Below are positions 57,304 to 64,000 of a stretch of DNA of 64,000 nucleotides, piece by piece. The DNA comes from Eledone cirrhosa. Its lineage: Eukaryota. A program made the position numbers and the translations under genes. The notes below the pieces were generated by a model. That model searched no databases. It worked only from the letters and a program-made list of their open reading frames with translations, and was not told the DNA's origin. Location: the NCBI GenBank assembly GCA_964016885.1, contig OZ024747.1, positions 79,360,001 through 79,424,000 on the forward strand. The letters are read 5' to 3'. Position 1 is the stretch's first letter; each line of letters starts with the position of its first letter.

Positions 57304-57923
57304 GGTGGCTGCCAACTCGTTTTCGAGTACGGCCACTACTTTACATCCATGTAGGATAACCCCTACCGAAGCGCTGAACGAGTGTGACTTTTTAGTCCAG
57401 CCAGCGACTTGAAACCTCTGGTACAAACACTACACCTGTGACAATCATTGACACATAGTGCTAGGCCCATGGTAGGACAATTATTGACACATAGTGCTGG
57501 GCCCATGTGAGGACAAGTGCAGAGAGATCTCCAGATATAAAGCAATGCCTGTGCCGTGAAGCTTTTATAGTGAGCAAAGGCACTGCACAAAGCCAGTCCC
57601 ACTCTCTTAACCAAGATGCTATTTACCAAAAAGAAGAACAAGTCAACATCATTGGATACCATCAGGGTTGCAGGTGTTATATCAGAGTTTTCCTTCTCCT
57701 AGAATTCTGCCTTGACTAAGGCTAAAGGGGTCATCTCTCCCGGTGATTTTGGATGGCCATTGACTCTTAAGAGCTCCTTTGCCCTTTGACAGGTTTTGTT
57801 TTTAGTCCTGCAGGATGTCCAAAGTCACCCTCCTCACCAAGAAACCTTGGTGGGGTTGCCAGTTTAGTCGCCAACGACCCGACCATGAGACAGGTTGTAC
57901 TGGGATACATGTTACCAGTAGCA
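57304..57923 (-). mobile_element. Probable internally deleted, non-autonomous RTE-like element
   Basis: 5'UTR-like CTAGGAGAAGGAAAACTCTGA, zinc-finger-like ORF end [20 protein letters not shown], 3' hairpin CTCGAAAACGAG, then a microsatellite tail. Confidence 0.55.
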
Positions 57924-58618
57924 TACATACATACATACATACATACATACATACCAACATACATACATACGTTTGTGTATACATACATACATACATATAC
58001 ATCGAAGGGGACAGATAATTCACACATACATAATGCATCCATTCAACACCCTCCAACACACACACCCAACACACACACGCACACATATATACAAATGCAT
58101 ACACAACCATACATACATACATACATACATACATACATACATACATACACAAACACTCACACATACATACATACACAAACACACATACACTCACATATAC
58201 ATACTCACTCACACACATACATACATACACAAACACATACATACACACGCACACACATACATACATAAACACACATACATATCCACTGACACACACACAC
58301 TAGCTAACATATGTGTGTGTATATAGGTGTGTGGAATGAAAGAGAGGTTAATGTCGAGTGAATGCATCATCAAAGTAATGGCGCGAAGTCAATATTTGAA
58401 GCAAATTTCACTGAATGGGCGTTTCTAACGAAAAGTCACGACATTAGCAAAATGTTAGATGTAAGCTGCTCCAGCATAGGCTTGCTCCAGGAAACTAGGA
58501 ATTTACTTTTCTGTTTGTGTTCTTACACGATTTCATTGAGTTTATTTGTTTTTATTTTCAGTTGCAAATATTGAATACTAGCCTCTTTGATATAGAATAG
58601 GGTTGTGATTGAGTACTT

Positions 58619-59142
58619 ACAAATGTTGACTGTAACAAATGTTGACTGTAACAAATGTTGACTGTTACAAATGTTGACTGTAACAAATGTTGACTGTTAC
58701 AAATGTTAACTGTTACAAATGTTGACTAGCAAATGTTGACTGTAGCAAATGTTGACTGTTACAAATGTTTACTGTTACAAATGTTGACTGTTACAAATGT
58801 TGATTGTAGCAAATCTTGACTGTAGCAAATGTTGACTGTAGCAAATGTTGATTGTAGCAAATGTTGACAGTAGCAAATGTTGACTGTTACAAATGTTGAC
58901 TGTAGCAAATGTTGACTGTTACAAATGTTGACAGTAGCAAATGTTGACTGTAGCAAATGTTGGCTGTTACAAATGTTGAATGTAGCTAATGTTGACTGTA
59001 GCAAATGTTGACTGTAGCAAATATTGACTGTAGCAAATGTTTACTGTAGCAAATGTTAACTGTAGCAAATGTTGACTGTAGCAAAGGTTGACTGTAGCAA
59101 AGGTTGACTGTAATAAAGGTTGACTGTTACAAATGTTGACTG
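58619..59142. repeat. 16-bp minisatellite CAAATGTTGACTGT(AG/TA/AA) (about 33 copies)
   Basis: Tandem periodicity. Confidence 0.96.
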
Positions 59143-61098
59143 GATTGACAGTTTATCGATGTTGATAGACAGTCTATAGAGCTGGTCTTTTTAATTACGA
59201 ATGCAACTAATTTTTGTCAGTTGAATTTCTCAGGAGCTAAAGTATCTTCCTCAAGGAAGCAACGTTCCGCCGTGAATTGAAGTCAGGTCCTTAGGATTGT
59301 GAGCCAAATGCGCTAACCACTACACCACCGCCACCATAACAAGACAGAACAAGTAACCAATTGTCAGACAGTTCAAATTAAAATTGGTTTCATGGATTTT
59401 ATTTATTTTAGTTGATTGGTTCGTGTTGTTGGCTCAGTTACTGTTGTTGTTGTTGTTGTTGTTGTTGATTGTATGACTGTATGTATGTATGTGAGTGTGT
59501 GTGTATGAGTGTGTGTATGTATGAGTGTGTGTATGCGTATATGTATATGAGTGTGTATGTGTGTGTACACAATCTATTATTTTCTATTTCCTCTCTGGCT
59601 GACATTGGTCATTATCATGTTTTATGTGGGTGTGGTGGGGAGAAAGGTCGAAGGGGTGTTGTGTGGCGAGGGGAGGTGTCAGTAGGGGAGGGGGTGGAAT
59701 GCCAGTTAAGGTGGAATGATCAATGGTAGGTGACCACATAAACGAAAAAGAAAAAAATATTACAGGTGATTAAAGTTAACATCTCTTGGGCGACAAACTC
59801 GGGCAGCGCTGCTCAGACTGTCATAGAAGGGTGGAAGCGATCGAAAATCCTGGGAATTTATCAAACGATTCCTTTTATGTCTGTTGCTACCGAGAGTTAC
59901 GGGGGTCTTTCGTCCTCGGACTTTTACACAGAAACGGAAGAGATCCAAAATACCGGGAATTTATCAAAAAAGTGTAAAGTCTAAAGACTGTATTCAGCCC
60001 GTAGGCTCATCCGACCGGTGCTTATCCCAGACCGGTGCTTTCTGTGGCGTTAAGTGACTGAGAGTTCAAATATCCGCCCCATAGACAGGATTCCAGTCTT
60101 TCGCAGGGTTAAACACCCAACCTTCCTTTTTGTGCCTGTTGCCGCCAAGATCTCCAGTGTCCTTGGTCCTCGGACTGTTACAGAGGAATTGCAGATATCC
60201 AAATACTGGAACTTGACCGATCGACCCTGTTATGTTGTCTGTAGCCGTCGGAATCTCCGGTGTTCTTGGTCTTCGGATTGTGAAATAAGAAGCGGAAGTT
60301 GTCCAAATATCGAGAGTTGACTGACCGCTTCCTTTCCGTGGTGACTGTGTTCGAAACTTCCAGTGCCTTCCTCAGTCTCCAGACTGCCGATTTGGGGGTT
60401 TTTTCCCGCAAAATCGGGAGTGCATCTCACTTGAGAAAGGAGGCCCTTGAGGCGGAATAGTGATGTAGCGGGTTTCAATGGTTGTTGCCCGTGTTCAGGG
60501 CCGGATTTAATAGAAGGCAATTTCCTCGGGTCCCGTGCAGTAGGGGGTTCCACCAGCGACGGCCGTAGCAATTTATTTGTGCCCTCAGTTGGGCTTTTAG
60601 GATGGTTAGAATTTTTTTATTTTAATACCTGTATAACTTTTCAATTACTTGCACCGAGCTAACTTTGATGTGAAACCGGGGAATTGCTGGCCTTGGGCCA
60701 AAAATAGAAACAATTATTTTATATTTCTGTTCGCTAATAAATCAGTTCCTAACTGACACAGACCATTGGCTTTTGTAACAGGTGAAAACTATTGTGTGGG
60801 GGGAGGGGGGGGATGCAAACGTGGCTGAGTCGTTGGGAAGTTCACTTCGCCATCAGGAGGTCTGGGGGTTCGATCCTAATAGCTGTCAAAAAGAACGGAC
60901 CCCCCACCCCGACAACACAACCACCGACCACGTGACCAATCTCCACAACCAATCGGAAGGAGCCGAAGACCTTTAAATACCCTGACCCCTCTTCCGACCC
61001 CTTTCATCGTTTCATACACACCGATGAATTGTAGTTGACTAACACCAGTTGCATGAAACATTTAGGTATGAGGAAAGAATCTGGTTTATCAACACATA

Positions 61099-61204
<106 letters not shown>

Positions 61205-61484
61205 CAATTTTTCTCTCCTATACCCTTTCCTATCCCATCTCACTCCCAAAGCCTCTCGCTCTCTCCTCTTTCTCTCCTCTCCCTCCCTCTCTCCTCTCTC
61301 CTCTCTCCTCCCCCCCTCTCTCCTCTCTCCTCCCCCCTCTCTCCATCTTTAAGGGATTAAGTGTAACAGCTCCTATGTCACGTCCGCTTTGTCTTTAGAT
61401 CCGTGTCGGTTTCTACAAAGAAACACCTCAGCTAATTTAACATTACGCACCTGTGATCTGACTGCTCATGCTAGTCATGTGACC

Positions 61485-61529
<45 letters not shown>

Positions 61530-61657
61530 CACACAGGCAGAAGCACATATACAATTATATTTGTACCAAGCCATATATATATACACATATAAACCCATGA
61601 TGTCCCATCACCAACCTCAGGTACCGTTACTATTTGCATACTAACTTATATGACGTC

Positions 61658-64000
61658 ACATACAGATACCCTGACACCCAGATACTCTGACATACAGATA
61701 CCCTGACACACAGATACCCTGACATACAGATACCCTGACATACAGATACCCTGACACACAGATACCCTGACATACAGATGCCCTGATATACAGATACCCT
61801 GACATACAGATACCCTGACACACAGATACCCTGACATACAGATACCCTGACATACAGATACCCTGACATACAGATACCCTGACACACAGATACCCTGACA
61901 TACAGATACCCTGACATACAGATACCCTGACACACAGATACCCTGACATACAGATACCCTGACACACAGATACCCTGACATACAGATACCCTGACACACA
62001 GATACCCTGACATACAGATACCCTGACACACAGATACCCTGACATACAGATACCCTGACATACAGATACCCTGAGATACAGATACCCTGGCATACAGATA
62101 CCCTGACACACAGATACCCTGACACACAGATACCCTGACACACAGATACCCTGACATACAGATACCCTGACATACAGATACCCTGACATACAGATACCCT
62201 GACATACAGATACCCTGATATACAGATACCCTGACATACAGATACCCTGACACACAGATACCCTGACATACAGATACCCTGACATACAGATACCCTGACA
62301 TACAGATACCCTGACACACAGATACCCTGACATACAGATACCCTGACATACAGATACCCTGACACACAGATACCCAGACATACAGATACCCTGACACACA
62401 GATACCCTGACATACAGATACCCTGACACACAGATACCCTGACATACAGATACCCTGACACACAGATACCCTGACATACAGATACCCTGACATACAGATA
62501 CCCTGACATACAGATACCCTGGCATACAGATACCCTGACACACAGATACCCTGACACACAGATACCCTGACACACAGATACCCTGACACACAGATACCCT
62601 GACATACAGATACCCTGACATACAGATACCCTGACACACAGATACCCTGACATACAGATACCCTGACATACAGATACCCTGACATACAGATACCCTGACA
62701 TACAGATACCCTGACACACAGATACCCTGACATACAGATACCTTGACACACAGATACCCTGACACACAGATACCCTGACATACAGATACCCTGACATACA
62801 GATACCCTGACACACAGATACCCTGACATACAGATACCCTGACATACAGATAGCCTGACACACAGATACCCTGACATACAGATACCCTGACATACAGATA
62901 CCCTGACACACAGATACCCTGACATACAGATACCCTGACACACAGATACCCTGACATACAGATACCCTGACATACAGATACCCTGACACACAGATACCCT
63001 GACATACAGATACCCTGACACACAGATACCCTGACATACAGATACCCTGACACACAGATACCCTGACATACAGATAGCCTGACACACAGATACCCTGACA
63101 TACAGATACCCTGACACACAGATACCCTGACATACAGATACCCTGACATACAGATACCCTGACATACAGATACCCTGACATACAGATACCCTGACATACA
63201 GATACCCTGACACACAGATACCCTGGCATACAGATACCCTGACATACAGATACCCTGACACACAGATACCCTGACATACAGATACCCTGACATACAGATA
63301 CCCTGACATACAGATACCCTGACACACAGATACCCTGACACACAGATACCCTGACATACAGATACCCTGACATACAGATACCCTGACATACAGATACCCT
63401 GACATACAGATACCCTGACACACAGATACCCTGACATACAGATACCCTGACATACAGATACCCTGACACACAGATACCCTGACATACAGATACCCTGACA
63501 TACAGATACCCTGACATACAGATACCCTGACACACAGATACCCTGACATACAGATACCCTGACACACAGATACCCTGACATACAGATACCCTGACATACA
63601 GATACCCTGACACACAGATACCCTGACATACAGATACCCTGACATACAGATACCCTGACATACAGATACCCTGACACACAGATACCCTGACACACAGATA
63701 CCCTGACATACAGATACCCTGACATACAGATACCCTGACATACAGATACCCTGACATACAGATACCCTGACACACAGATACCCTGACATACAGATACCCT
63801 GACATACAGATACCCTGACACACAGATACCCTGACATACAGATACCCTGACATACAGATACCCTGACATACAGATACCCTGATACACAGATACCCTGACA
63901 TACAGATACCCTGACACACAGATACCCTGACACACAGATACCCTGACATACAGATACCCTGACATACAGATACCCTGACATACAGATACCCTGACACACA
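61658..64000. repeat. 16-bp minisatellite CAGATACCCTGACA(T/C)A (about 146 copies, runs off the window end)
   Basis: Tandem periodicity; the three about 780-aa ORFs are repeat translations. Confidence 0.97.

Noticed and set aside
54825-57426. 759-820 aa ORFs
   Set aside because: TA/TACA microsatellite.
61630-63999. Three about 780-aa Cys-rich ORFs
   Set aside because: All three frames read the same 16-bp repeat.

Overview
AT-rich, microsatellite-saturated eukaryotic non-coding DNA. The SINE and microsatellite landscape suggests a cephalopod (Octopus-like) intron or intergenic region, but that is inference from memory. No intact protein-coding gene is recognisable, and almost all long ORFs in the track are translations of tandem repeats. 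Ordinary content: about 10 minisatellite arrays, more than 20 tRNA-derived SINE copies from at least two families, decayed LINE fragments (RTE-type RT, CR1/L2-type C-terminus), a decayed Penelope-like GIY-YIG ORF, and piggyBac, Tigger and hAT-like ends. The main hidden signal is about 19 type-I hammerhead ribozyme (HHR) motifs from roughly 10 unrelated short elements. Most lie next to (TA)n tracts and many sit inside long fold-back inverted repeats. Most have a loopless palindromic stem III that differs by family, and some have very long stem II insertions. One family always folds back at its own stem II and loses the CUGANGA core. All structures were paired by eye; none has been folded computationally or tested.
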